A stretch of DNA of 64,000 nucleotides from Macrostomum hystrix. Taxonomy: Eukaryota; Animalia; Platyhelminthes. The translations under genes and the position numbers were made by a program. The notes beneath the pieces were generated by a model. That model saw only the letters and a program-made list of their open reading frames with translations, had not been told where the DNA came from and searched no databases. Positions 34,755 through 46,980 of the stretch are shown in pieces (within the stretch, counting starts at the first letter, position 1; every line of letters starts with the position of its first letter). The stretch is taken from contig CATNEN010000024.1 in assembly GCA_950097015.1 (NCBI GenBank), positions 4,278,001-4,342,000 of the forward strand. The letters run 5' to 3'.

Positions 34755-37700
34755 CTAATCCTCCGCGCCCCCCTCAGCCTGCAGCTTGCTCCATACGTTC
34801 CGCTGGAAGGGGCTGCGATAATCCGGGAAGTCGCTCTCCCAGCCCAGGCGCCCCCGGTAGCGGGACTTGGCAGCCAGCAGGGCCCCCGTGTTTGGCTGCT
34901 CCAGCCAGCGGCCCTTCAGATGCGCCGTCACGTCTTCGGCCTCTTCGTAGCCTCCGTCGAGCGCGTTCGCGTCGTGCAGAATTCTGGCCTTCCGCCGGAT
35001 GTGCGCCTCCTCTTCGTCTTCGATGCGGAGCACTGGCGCCGGCGCCTGGACGATGCTGTCTGCCAGACGGCGCGATGCACCTTCGCTGCCCTTGGCGCTG
35101 CCCTGGACAGACGAACAATCGAGAGAGCAAATTAACGATCTGGGGCTGTCATTTGGCAAATTTCGCAGCTAGCTATGAGAAACTTCTGGCCACTCTGCGG
35201 ACCCCCGGAGCACATACACGCAAATGGATACGTACTCAGGTAGTGTACACAATCACCGTGAATTCATGAACTCTTGGTTTCGGAATTCTAAGGAGATGGG
35301 ATTCTTCAAGGGCCATTGAGAGTTTCATGGGTCACGAGATCTGATTGTTCCCTTCTCTCACCTTGCCCTTGGCACTCTTCTTTCCACCACCAGCCGCGCC
35401 CTTCTTGGCGCCGGCCTTGCCGCCCTTTCCCTTGCCGTCCTTGGCCGCCTCGATTGGGCATTTCGTGCGGATGAAGTCCGCCACCTCTGGCGAGCCCCAG
35501 ATCTGGGCCACCTCGTGGATCATCTCGCCTGCGTTGCAAGAGGTACATTTGAAGGTCAAATATATTCAGCTGCTCTTTTAATAATCTGTCATCACACTCA
35601 AACCTATTGTCAGGATTACAATAGTCCTGATTAAGTCACCTACCGGTTTTAGTTTCAACAGAAGCCTTGGCGCCCTGCTTGATCAGGAACTCCACCAAGT
35701 TGAGGTTCGACGTCTCGATGGCGCGCAGCAGCGGGGTCGCGCCGTTCAACGCCACCGCCTCGATGTTGGCGCCGTTCTTCAGCAGCAGCTCGACCATGTC
35801 GATAAGGCCAGCGTGGCAGGCGTGGTGCAGAGGCGTCCATTTGAAATTGTCTCGCGCGTTCACGTCAGCTCTGTGACAAAATTTGGAAACTCGTTCATCA
35901 GCTGCGTGCCTGACTTGCCAATACTGTCGCTTCGTCATGTCAGAATAGTATTGTGCATTAATAACATGGGCGCTTTGGGTACTGACACTTTGTTTGGACG
36001 AAAATCTGCACGTAGCCAGCGAGGAGGCAGTTTTGAGATCCAATTTCTCTGATACCTGAGCAGACACACACTCAGCCACACGGGTGCCGTACGCATGCAC
36101 TACATGCACATGCATGCACTACGCATATAATATTCTACGGATCTGAGGTCATAGACCATAAACAAAACACAATAGAATAGAGTAGGAGATTGTATAGCCT
36201 AGTGGTTAGAGCGTCGGACTCACGACTTAGAGGTCGGGGGTTCGATTCCCGACTCTACGGGAACACTTTTTTCCTTTAGCAAGACACTTAACTCTGCATT
36301 GCTTCAGTTCACCCAGCTGTTAAATGGGTACCAGCATTAGCTGGAGTAACTGAGGGTGGGTGTGGCGTCCGTCCCCCGACACCACTTAAAATAGTAAAAG
36401 TAAAAAACCTCGCTCACCCGACCTCCAAAAGGAATTTGGCCACCTCAATGTTGCCGTAGTGCGCAGCAACCATCAGGGGCGTTTTGAACAGCCGATCCCT
36501 GGTCTCTGTGCTGTAGCCCTTCTGCAGCGCCAGCTTGATGGAGTCCAGGTCGCCATGCTTGGCAGCCTCGTTGATACCGACGTAGGTGCGCTGCGGTGGC
36601 GCCACGTACCAGGCCGAGTCGTCCTGCAGCGGATGCGCTGGCGGTCTGTCGCGGTCGAAGCGCTCCGCGTCCGTGATGTTGCTGGCCCGCGGCACAAACA
36701 TGATCGGTGGGCCGCCCTCCGCGGTGCGAAACATCTGCTCATCAGGCATCACGCAGATCTCGAATGGATACTTGGCCTTCTTCTTCCGGCCGCCTTTGCC
36801 CTTCTTGCCCTTGCCCTTCTTCTGCTTCGGCTCGTAGGCCGACATGAGGTAAAGCTTGTTGATGTACTTCTTGGCGGTCAGAAAGTCGCGATAGTCGAAC
36901 GAGCCATTCTTGGCCTTGTCATACAGCGGGCCGAGCTTCTTGGCGCAGTCCTCGTTCCAAGGCGCACCCAGGGCCAGCATGGTCTGCGCCGCGTCCTCCA
37001 GCAACACCTGGCCCGAACCGGAGGTGTCGAACTCGGCCTGCAGGCGAGCCTGCGGAAACCCGATGCGGAGTGTCGGCTGTGACAGAGAATGTAAGATCAA
37101 GGACAGGGAGGGGCGGGGGAGGGGAGTCAGCGAATCACCTGCAGATCGGCGCCCCGCACCACCGTCCAGTCGTACAGAGCCAGAGCCCAGCGCTCGCAAT
37201 TGCGCCCCGCCCTGCCGTATGATTTCTCAACCTTGCGCAGCTCCTTGAGGCAGTCCTTGAAGCCCTTGTCCTTGGCAATGACTCGTGGCGTCTCGCCTGT
37301 CAATACAGCAGGGTGCGTGGCGGTCCGTGAGCTCGATTCCGAACATTCATTAGGGACACAGTCGCGGAGTGATGGCTTGTGGGCTTGTCGTGCAATTTAC
37401 GACATTGAGGCCCAACCTCCAAGGCACAGTGAGAGTGTACATAGCCTGACAATGAGGAAGTCAGGGCAGATGTACACACCTGTGTGAGCGTGTCCCAGTG
37501 ATCCAGAGTTCTTTGCAATGCAGAGAAGCTCTTCCGCAGCCCTCTAGACAGCTCTGAAACCTCCTTCTGCGCCTTACGCATAAAGATATCCGTGCTACCA
37601 ATATGATCCTGTCCGGACATGGCTGCTTCTTCAGGCACCAGTTCATTCACGGAAACATACCGGGCTACACACCTCAATCAACGATGAGAAAACTTCAATC

Positions 37701-40700
37701 AGCTCATATGTTACCTTCGGACCACCCACAGAGCAGAACTTCCCACCACAGGGAACAACATGGCTGCCTGCAACTGAGAGGGACCGCCCTAGGCGACGCC
37801 AAAAATTAGTATATGACGACGCGTCGGTCGTCCATGGGTTAGCGGAATAGCTGACCTCGCCTTCCCGCTGTATCCCCCCTGCAGCTAAGTCAAGTCAAGT
37901 CAGTGAGTGTGTGCTCAGGAATGGGCAGAACCGCCTCTCGTTGACAGCCTAATTATGTGCCACTGCCCATAGCCCTCCAGCAAATATTATTATTATTATT
38001 GTTACTATGAATCAACAGCACAATGGTCTCGAATGCCTTGGGATAAAGATTTCAAAGTTCCGACTCCCCTGCCTCACCGTCTGCATTCTTCGGCTTCGGA
38101 TTGCAGCCGCGCTGGCCAAGAAATTTGATGCAGAGCGGCCGGTCCGCAGCGGCCGCCTCGTGCACCGGATTGCACTGCCGCAGGTCGTAGGCATCGAAAT
38201 TGGCGCCGTAGCCGGACAGCGCGACCAGGCAGCCCAGGTGGCCGCCCCTGGCCGCGTAGTGCGCCGCCGTCCAGCTCTGCTTATCCACCCGGTTGGGGTC
38301 GGCGCCGGCCATGAGGGCGGCCAGGGCCACTTCGGCGCTGCCGCTGGCGCAGGCGGCCATCAGCGGCGTCCGCTGGCTGGCCCGCTGCACAACGTCCGGA
38401 TTGGCCCGGTGGGAGAGCAGCGCCTTGCAGCAGGCCGGATTCTTGTCGGCCGTCTCGCAGGCGACGAAGAAAGCCGTCCGGCCGTCGTTAGCCGCCGAAT
38501 TAACGTCGGCATCGTGCTTCAGAGCCACCTGTATGCACTGGGCGTGCCGCTCCGTGGGCTGGATGCAGTAGAACAGCACGCCTGCGATGGCGAGACAGGT
38601 ACAGCCATGCGTCTCTGCTACTGCGGACCGCTGCAGACTGGGCACAGAATTTCCGACCTAATCTCAACTCCTCTATCTTAATCCAAAATCTCACTGACAG
38701 ATTGTTCACCTGTCTCATTCAGTGTCCATGTCTTATCACCCCTCCCTATTATCGCTGTCTTGTCACTCTCTCTTATAACTCCCTCTCGATTGTCACTCTC
38801 TTTTATCACTCACCCTCGATTGTCACTCTCTCTTATCACTCACCCTCGATTGTCACTCTCTTTTATAACTCCCTCTCGATTGTCACTCTCTCTTATCACT
38901 CACCCTCGATTGTCACTCTCTCTTATAACTCCCTCTCGATTGTCACTCTCTTTTATCACTCACCCTCGATTGTCACTCTCTCTTATCACTCACCCTCGAT
39001 TGTCACTCTCTCTTATCACTCCCCCTGGATTGTCACTCTCTCTTATAACTCCCTCTCGATTGTCACTCTCTCTTATCACTCACCCTCGATTGTCAGTCTC
39101 TCTTATCACCCCTCTCGATTATCACTCCGTCTTTTCACCACTCAGTACGCTATTAGTGTTTTTCTCATTTCTTTACCTTGAAAAGTACGAGCTAATTCAC
39201 TATACTTCATTTCATCCCCTTTCTTTGATTTTCAGTGCTCAAATTTTTCTAGTCTACAAAATTATAACTGTTTTTTAACAAACACGTTGCGGGTGAAAAA
39301 ATTGAAAATTCATAAATTACAAAAGCAGTTCAAACTCGTAACTCCTAAGAAAACAAATTAAATAATGCTGTGAAAATCAACAGCTAAGCTACAGTGATAA
39401 GCCAGCCAATGCTTTCGTCAGCCTCTATACTTACAAAACACCTTCGATTTTGAAGGCGGCATGCTGTAAGGCAAGCAAAATAGCGAATAAATTGCTCGAT
39501 AGCTTAAGATAATTGAATTTCTTGGATTCATTAAAGAAATTATGTGAACATAGCCTACGGAAGACTTAAGGCTCACTTTTTCCAGACGAATCGCGAGCCT
39601 TCATGTCGGCGCCGGCTTTGGCGAGCGCCTCCAACGCCTGCACGAAGCCCTGCTCGGCGGCACGCATTGATGGTGTAACTCCGTTTCGATCACCGAAGTC
39701 AGGCAGGGCGCCCATCTCGTTAATAAGGAACTGACGAGGGCGAGGGAGTGATGGAGAGGGTTAGAGACGGAGACGGAGTAGGTTAGTGACACAGATGGAG
39801 TAGGTTAGAGACGGAGATGGAGTAGGTTAGAGACGGAGATGGAGTAGGTTAGAGACGGAGACGGAGTAGGTTAGAGACGGAGACGGAGTAGGTTAGAGAC
39901 GGAGATGGAGTAGGTTAGAGACGGAGATGGAGTAGGTTAGAGACGGAGATGGAGTAGGTTAGAGACAGAGATGGAGTAGGTTAGAGACGGAGATGGAGTA
40001 GGTTAGAGACGGAGATGGAGTAGGTTAGAGACGGAGACGGAGTAGGTTAGAGACGGAGATGGAGTAAGGTTAGAGACAGAGATGGAGTAGGTTAGAGACG
40101 GAGATGGAGTAGGTTAGAGACAGAGATGGAGTAGGTTAGAGACGGAGATGGAGTAAGGTTAGAGACAGAGATGGAGTAGGTTAGAGACGGAGATGGAGTA
40201 AGGTTAGAGACAGAGATGGAGTAGGTTAGAGACGGAGACGGAGTAGGTTAGTGACACAGATGGAGTAGGTTAGAGACGGAGATGGAGTAGGTTAGAGACG
40301 GAGATGGAGTAGGTTAGAGACGGAGACGGAGTAGGTTAGAGACGGAGATGGAGTAGGTTAGAGACGGAGATGGAGTAGGTTAGAGACGGAGATGGAGTAG
40401 GTTAGAGACAGAGATGGAGTAGGTTAGAGACGGAGATGGAGTAAGGTTAGAGACAGAGATGGAGTAGGTTAGAGACGGAGATGGAGTAAGGTTAGAGACA
40501 GAGATGGAGTAGGTTAGAGACGGAGATGGAGTAAGGTTAGAGACAGAGATGGAGTAGGTTAGAGACGGAGATGGAGTAGGTTAGAGACGGAGATGGAGTA
40601 GGTTAGAGACGGAGATGGAGTAGGTTAGAGACGGAGATGGAGTAGGTTAGAGACGGAGACGGAGTAGGTTAGAGACGGAGATGGAGTAGGTTAGAGACGG

Positions 40701-41268
40701 AGATGGAGTAGGTTAGAGACGGAGATGGAGTAAGGTTAGAGACAGAGATGGAGTAGGTTAGAGACGGAGATGGAGTAAGGTTAGAGACAGAGATGGAGTA
40801 GGTTAGAGACGGAGATGGAGTAAGGTTAGAGACAGAGATGGAGTAGGTTAGAGACGGAGATGGAGTAAGGTTAGAGAAGGAAGGAGAGTAGGTTAGAGAC
40901 GGAGACGGAGTAGGTTAGAGAAGGAAAGAGATGGAGTAGAAATGAAAGAATCAACAAAGATTGCTTTGGTTACAGACAGAGATGGCTATATATTTGAAGC
41001 ACCGCAATTAAAAAATCCTGAGCGTCCTGTGGATGCCAAATCAGGATGAAATATAGTGTTTGTACCGCCTCACCTCGACCATATCTTCGTCGTTCTCTTT
41101 AGCTGCCACAATGAGCGGGGTTTCGCCATCCTGCGGCTCTCCGTAGTTCACCAGCTGGGGGATGCCGCTGGCCACCATTTTGCGGATCTGGTCCCGATTC
41201 CGGTCGCGCACGCACTGGATCAGCTTGCAGATCTGCAGCGAGTCGATTCTCTCCTTGGCGATTGGCAT
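34755..41268 (-). CDS. ANKEF1: Ankyrin repeat and EF-hand domain-containing protein 1, about 794 aa; complement join(41074..41268,39577..39730,38078..38581,37139..37296,36418..37049,35644..35870,35362..35528,34755..35102)
   Basis: Colinear with ANKEF1 as I recall it: LQICKLIQCVR, VLFYCIQPTERH, WALALYDW, RFDRDRPPAHPLQDDSAWY, DNFKWTPLHHACHAG, DFPDYRSPFQRN. All junctions GT-AG and phase compatible; alternative in-frame acceptor at 37037. Confidence 0.95.
36195..36385 (+). mobile_element. tRNA-derived SINE (family B) with CORE/Meta-like central domain, ANKEF1 intron 5
   Basis: A-box tagcctagtggttagagc, B-box ggttcgattcc, then agcaagacacttaactc..ttcacccagctgttaaatgggtacc. Confidence 0.8.
37310..38005 (+). 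mobile_element. SINE family A copy interrupted by an about 410-bp insert, filling ANKEF1 intron 3
   Basis: 37310-37490 matches the 5' and middle of the 11309 element; 37901-38005 matches its 3' end with an (att)n tail. Confidence 0.8.
37491..37900 (+). mobile_element. Probable 5'-truncated LINE 3' end with (CAAGT)n tail
   Basis: Insert ends in ctaagtcaagtcaagtc; one frame gives WLPATERDRPRRRQKLVYDD, loosely like RTE-type ORF2 C-termini. Confidence 0.45.
38750..39130. repeat. Minisatellite, 30-bp unit (tcgattgtcactctctcttatcactcaccc), ANKEF1 intron 2
   Basis: About 12 copies at exact 30-bp periodicity. Confidence 0.95.
39770..40930. repeat. Minisatellite, 22-23-bp unit (gagtaggttagagacggagatg), ANKEF1 intron 1
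   Basis: ggagatgg at 39901, 39923, 39945; about 50 copies. Confidence 0.95.
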
Positions 41269-41458
41269 TGGAGAGGCTGCTGCAGTTTTGAGAAGAGATG
41301 AACTTTTTAATGTTTAAATTTTTATTTACTTATACTTTATAGCTTGTCTTTATAATAATATATATTTAGGAAATTATCCGAATTTCTCAAACAATTATAT
41401 GAAGAATAATCAGTGAGTTATAAATTCCAATTACTGGTCTAATATATATATAATACTA

Positions 41459-42804
41459 CGAGGTGCATTCAAAAAGTTCTTTTCGGTCCTTTGGCATTGT
41501 TTTGTAAATGACACACAGATCAAAATTTTTTCGAATGCTGCAAGTTAAGTTTATGGCCTAAACCTTCCTGAGTTTTTAAGCCTTAGCTGGTGACTGTGTC
41601 TGAGCTACAAGCAATTTTTTAAGCTACCCTTCTATTTCTTGGCCATGGCAGAATCTTTTTCAAAGCAAGACGTTCGGAGCTTGATGAAGTTCCAATTCCT
41701 GCAAGGAAAGAAACCTCCGGAGATGTTTAGAGAGCTTCAGCAAGTGTTTGGTGACAGTGCACCAACTGAACAGACTGTTCGAAAGTGGTTCCGGTTGTTC
41801 GCTGAAGGCAGAGAGAGCGTCGAGGACAACGAACGCTCTGGAAGACCGATGACTGCCACCAACGAGACCGTGGTGAAGAAAGTGCAGGAGCTCCTGGATG
41901 ATGATCGCAGACTGACTTGCGAAGAGCTGTCAGAAGATGTCGGAGTGTCAGTTGGCAGTGTGCACACCATTCTGACAGAGCGTCTCAACCTGCAGAAGAA
42001 ATTCAGCAAGTGGGTGCCACACCTGCTGACAGGTGAGCAGACGATGCAACGTGCTCTGGCCGCCACCAACCACCTGCGCCGTTTCCAGCGAGAAGGAGAG
42101 AATTTTCTTTCGAGAATCGTTGCCGGAGATGAAACATGGGTTTATAGCTGGGATCCGGAGACAAAGGCCCAGTCTGCTGAATGGCTTCCAGCCGATTCTC
42201 CAAGGCCTCAGAAGGCCATCAGGAAGCAGGGTGCATTGAAGATCATGCACGTCATGTTTTTTGATGTCCAGGGAATTCTGCTGAACTGGGCAGTCCCACA
42301 TGGAACAACTGTGAATGGGGACTATTATAGATGGATTCTGCAAGAGAAGCTGCGCCCGGCGATTCGAAAGAAGCGCCCTGGTTTGCTGGAGTCTGGTGTG
42401 ATCTTGCTGCATGACAATGCGCCGGCTCATCGCAAGCACAATGTTGTCGAACTCCTGAGCGGTTGGGGCTGGGAAGTGCTGCAACATCCGCCCTACTCGC
42501 CCGATTTGTCACCCTGTGACTTCTTCCTATTCCCATCTGTGAAGAAGCACCTTCGGGGCATTCGATTCGACAGCGTCGAGCACATCAAAGCTGCTTGCCA
42601 AGGTGCGGTGCGTGAAACGGACGCGAGAGGCGTGGGTACTGGAATCAGAGGTCTGGTGCATCGCTGGCAGAAGTGCAAGGACATTGGCGGTGAATATGTT
42701 GAGTGACCGAATGACATTGAATGACCTAAACATGTTTTCATTGTTCCATACGTTTTTTGTTAATTTTTGCTGAGCACCGAAAAGAACTTTTTGAATGCAC
42801 CTCG
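41459..42804 (+). mobile_element. Full-length mariner transposon (1346 bp), perfect 29-bp TIRs, TA TSD
   Basis: TIR cgaggtgcattcaaaaagttcttttcggt at both ends; TA at 41457-58 and 42805-06; intact transposase. Confidence 0.97.
41645..42706 (+). CDS. Mariner transposase, D,D34D, 353 aa from ATG 41645
   Basis: Motifs WVPHLLT, IVAGDETWV, LLHDNAPAH, HPPYSPDLSPCDFFLF; 34 residues between the 2nd and 3rd Asp; no stops. Confidence 0.97.
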   Translation: MAESFSKQDVRSLMKFQFLQGKKPPEMFRELQQVFGDSAPTEQTVRKWFRLFAEGRESVEDNERSGRPMTATNETVVKKVQELLDDDRRLTCEELSEDVGVSVGSVHTILTERLNLQKKFSKWVPHLLTGEQTMQRALAATNHLRRFQREGENFLSRIVAGDETWVYSWDPETKAQSAEWLPADSPRPQKAIRKQGALKIMHVMFFDVQGILLNWAVPHGTTVNGDYYRWILQEKLRPAIRKKRPGLLESGVILLHDNAPAHRKHNVVELLSGWGWEVLQHPPYSPDLSPCDFFLFPSVKKHLRGIRFDSVEHIKAACQGAVRETDARGVGTGIRGLVHRWQKCKDIGGEYVE

Positions 42805-45061
42805 TATACATTTTCTATAATTAAGCTATACAGTTCCTATATATATATATATATATATACTATACAGTTTCTATGGAGTGAAGTTTTGTGTTTCAAGGCG
42901 CTCGTATTCTATTGTTGATTGTTGTGATTCATGACACATATTTTTCTGTCCAAGTTAGGTGCATAAATTATAATAACAATACTTCTAATGGGGGCAAAGC
43001 AATAAAGGAAATACAATGGGCCCAGTGTATCAGCCACAGAATATTCAGACTTCAGAGTCTCACAGTAGTATTAGTGGTAGCAAGAAGTAAAAAACTTCAG
43101 GTAAATAACTTCTTTTTAGCTTCACATGGATTTTTATGATAACTATGCTCATGAGTTCAAGTAAACAATTTGAAGTTAACATAGAATAAGAAAATACAAT
43201 TAGAATAAATGTGAAAGTATATATAAACACATAAAAATATATGTATATGAAAATAATATATTTATATTCTTATATTTAATTCTTATATCAGCAATTATAT
43301 TAAAAATTTGAAGTGATTATATGTATGCACATATATACAATTAGATGTAGGTATATAAATACAATTAAAAAAACCATCTATAAAATTATAGATATAAACA
43401 AATAATGTATATTTCTGTAGTATGATATGTACATGAAGTGAAAAAGTTATATGTCTACTAGAGCTTTGATTATTGCCATTATTGGTTTCAATCGAGTTGG
43501 AAATCGTTGATTCGACCAACAACAACAAGGGAGCAAACCGATTGAACTTTGAACGTAATTATTTAAGAAACCTAGAACCTAAAAATAAAAATTTTCCTTA
43601 ACTTTCTATTTTCTATTCCTATTTTATTCCCTTTTACAACTAAATCAAGCCAGTAAAAGCAAAAAAAGAGAAATAATTAGCACTATTAACCGAATCCGCG
43701 AGCCGAATTGTTCAAAGATCGCAACTGAGCAAAGCAAGTTGAAGCGTGCGTCTATAAGCACTATGGCAACAAAAAGTACTTAAACAAATTTACTTATCAC
43801 GCTTACCATAATTATTAAGCGCATACACGGATATCTTCGAATTAGAAAATATATGTGCTTTTAATATTGGCACACAATATGTAATCTGTGACATAAAATG
43901 ACAGTTGCGATAATGTATTACAATAATTCACAGAATATTCTGCGCTATTATAATCCAAGAAATTGATGATCAATGTGATTTTAGATTTTGATCTATATGT
44001 CGTCTGGCATGTTTCATTTTGAAGCCTGAAAGAGCAGCACTATTAGCACCAGTCGGGCAAGTGCAATTCTCAGTGAAAAAAATCCTGCCTGTCTTTATTG
44101 CATGAACCAAGGACTAGTTAACGCATTCTTTAGCATCTTTAGCATCAGTAATTAATCTGCCTGTCTACTTGAAACTTTCACATTAAATGTTTTTCAAACA
44201 GTAAAGTGTGCGTAAATATTGAATATAGTACCATTTAGATGTTCTGTTTCATTCACTGTATAGTGATGACTGATGTCCCTTATCTACGTTCAGTAGTATA
44301 TCAGTTTAGCATCTGCAGGACGATTGACGGTAGCATTCGATATAATTGACATGCCCAAAAATTTTAGACGCGGAAAAACAGAAAAACTTCACCGATTCTG
44401 TAAGGACAAAACAGAAAATACTGTTTATAATTTGATGTACTTAAAACTAAAGAAAATAGCCTAGCTGTGTAAGTTCCAATGCAATTAGCTAAATTGTAAA
44501 GATTTATGAATTTATGTAAGTCAGCAACACACAACAGTATCACTAAAATAAGAAACAAATTCACAGTAGATCTACCTTGATCAAACAGGACGTAAAATAC
44601 CTACATATACATATGCGCTCTATTATATATACACATATGTACACTTGCAACTGTTGGAATCTGACCCGCCCCCCCTAAAAGGTCGACTTTGTCTTGCTGG
44701 GTTAATGCGTTAGGCACTGATCCATTTTACACAAGCCGTATATTTGCATATGGAAGTCGCATTGACCTGTGTTAATTAAATATACGGAGTATATTCACCG
44801 TTTGCAAGTACTAGTTAGGTCGAAGTGCAGTCCGGAAAAATTGCCAACGAGGAGCGAAGCGAGCGAAGCGAGCGTAGCTCCTCGTTGGCAATTTTTTCGG
44901 ACAAACGAGACCGATATAAGATTGCCCGGAGACTCCCCCAACGTAAAATCAACGTTTTAGAAACTAAAATTGATGCAGAATTAAAACCACTTGAGATGAA
45001 ACCATGTGTGACCCCTCTATGGACGTAAAACATTTAGGGCTACAAGATGAGCGACATGAAA

Positions 45062-45096
45062 GTTCCATAGCAACGCGTCTTGGTTGCCATGGCAAC
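45062..45096. promoter_or_regulatory. Tandem RFX X-boxes: GTTCCATAGCAAC (45062-45074) and perfect GTTGCCATGGCAAC (45083-45096)
   Basis: Direct sequence match; about 3.8 kb upstream of the ANKEF1 ATG. Confidence 0.6.
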
Positions 45097-45914
45097 AAAA
45101 AAGTGACTTTTTTTAGACCCGTCGAAATCTTGAATCTCAAAAAATAAGGATTCACAATATGGAGTCAAAAATTGATTGAACCCAACTTTTAGCGAATTTT
45201 CAGACCTTAAAGACACTGATTGGTTATTTTCCGCTAAATGCTTACCTTGATAGGTAATTCTGTAAAAGTGTGTTTTTCAAGTGTCAAAAAATGCGCATTT
45301 TTTTCAACTTTCAACTGACGCAGCTCAAAGGTCGCGCGTCAGCGCGACCTTTGAGCTGCGTCATTCTAACGATGGCACCTGGGACTCTTACATGACGCAC
45401 GACTTTAACCAAGATACTCACTTTAACTGTACATTCGCACCTGTTAATTACATTCGAATATTCGACGGGTAGCTATTCGAACCGAAATAAAGGAAATTCA
45501 ACCTTGTTGCGAGACTCTAAAAAGTACATGAATGCGGTCATTTAGGTAAGATCTACATGTTTATAACACATTTTGAGCCGTTTCGTTGCACTGACTCTGA
45601 GCCATACACTGCTAAAGTCGATAAACGTGATTTAGGCTATTTTTATGCATTTTTCATGATACAAATGTACAAAAAATAAGAAACGACGACATGCTAGGAA
45701 AATCAGACTTTTTAGGCAAGGTGCACAACTAAATTGCGCACAATATGTATATCTTGAAATTTCGTCTTAGTCTATTGACGTCGCTGCCGGTACAGAAATG
45801 TACTTTAACGACGGTACGGGGGGCTTGCAAATCGAACATACTTTTTAGCCTGTAACTTTTGAGCGGATTACCGGAGCACGACGCACTTGGTGTCATTGAA
45901 CTACATTTTAGATG

Positions 45915-46980
45915 TACTTTAATTTGAATGTATGTTCGCTGTCATTGCACGATGCGTTGTACACCTCAGGTCAGGTCACGTGACTTGCTGGAAATGAAAT
46001 AATGACTTTGTACCTATACTAAGGATAGGTGAAGCGTAAGAATGAGCCAAAATTTGTACTTATTAGAAACACCTAGATGACTACTGTCAGAAAAAATGAT
46101 ATTCACGTCTGTCAGTTGTAAAATTTTGTTATAATTGACTTTTAAAATCGAAAAACGTGATTTTGTGCAAAAACAACCCATATGAGCACACATAGGGTGA
46201 AAAATTTATTGATTTTCGCTATGAGGTTCTTAGCTTCCAAGAGCACTATTGTGCCCAGTAAACACGTACAGATGACTGCTATCTTCGTTAGTGTGCGAAA
46301 ATTCGTATTTTTACGCTAATAACATTTACCGAATTACGAGGTTCCGGTGTTATGCGTTTTTTTGCTATATTTCACGCTGCCATTTATTAATGATGCTACG
46401 CCAGGCCCTCAGTGTGGTGTCAATAATTAGCATTTAAAAAGTGCTTTAATTTGAGTGTATGTTCGCTGGCATTGCACGATGCGTTGTACACCTCAGGCCA
46501 GGTCACGTGACTTGCTGGAAATGAAATAATGACTTTGTACCTATACTAAGGATAGGTGAAGCATAAGAATGACCCATATTAGTACTTATTAGAAACATCT
46601 AGATGACGACTCTCAGAAAAAGTGAGATTCACGTCTGTTAGTTGCAAAAAAAATTTATAATTGACTCTCAGAATCGAAAAACGTGATTTTGTGCAAAAAC
46701 AACCCATTTGAGCACTACATAGGGCGGAAAATATATTAATTTTCGCTATGAGGTTCTTAGCTTCCAAGAGCACTATTGTGCCCAGTAAACACGTACAGAT
46801 GACTGCCATCTTCGTTAGTGTGCGAAAATTCGTATTTTGACGCTATTAACATTTTACCGAATTACGAGGTTCCGGTACTATGCGTTTTTTTGCTATATTT
46901 CACGCTGCCATTTATTAACGATGCTACGCCAGGCCTTCAGTGTGGTGTCAATAAATAGCATTTAGCAAGTGCTTTAAGAT
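45915..46980. repeat. Diverged tandem duplication, period 527 bp x2
   Basis: gcacgatgcgttgtacacctcagg at 45947 and 46474; homology continues across the whole unit. Confidence 0.92.

Larger units (their letters stand above)
44811..46980 (-). mobile_element. Putative non-autonomous Helitron-like element; 3' end defined, 5' end not found, extent approximate
   Basis: Minus strand: 25-bp-stem hairpin (44831-44901, 24/25 paired) with GCGAAGC motifs, 16 nt, then CTAG followed by T at 44811; further palindrome and a 527-bp duplication upstream. Confidence 0.5.

Noticed and set aside
36195-36260. tRNA genes (also near 6310-6376, 11610-11673, 55570-55620)
   Set aside because: A and B boxes are present, but there is no complete cloverleaf or acceptor stem and each continues into a shared SINE body
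38007-38681. Long antisense or alternate-frame ORFs over real exons (also 36459..37082, 32785..33105, 15523..15978, 17383..18099, 29261..29755, 41948..42487)
   Set aside because: Shadows of GC-rich coding sequence on the other strand or frame; no independent motifs
43761-43770. Third X-box (CTATGGCAAC) upstream of ANKEF1
   Set aside because: Only one half-site matches; too weak to call
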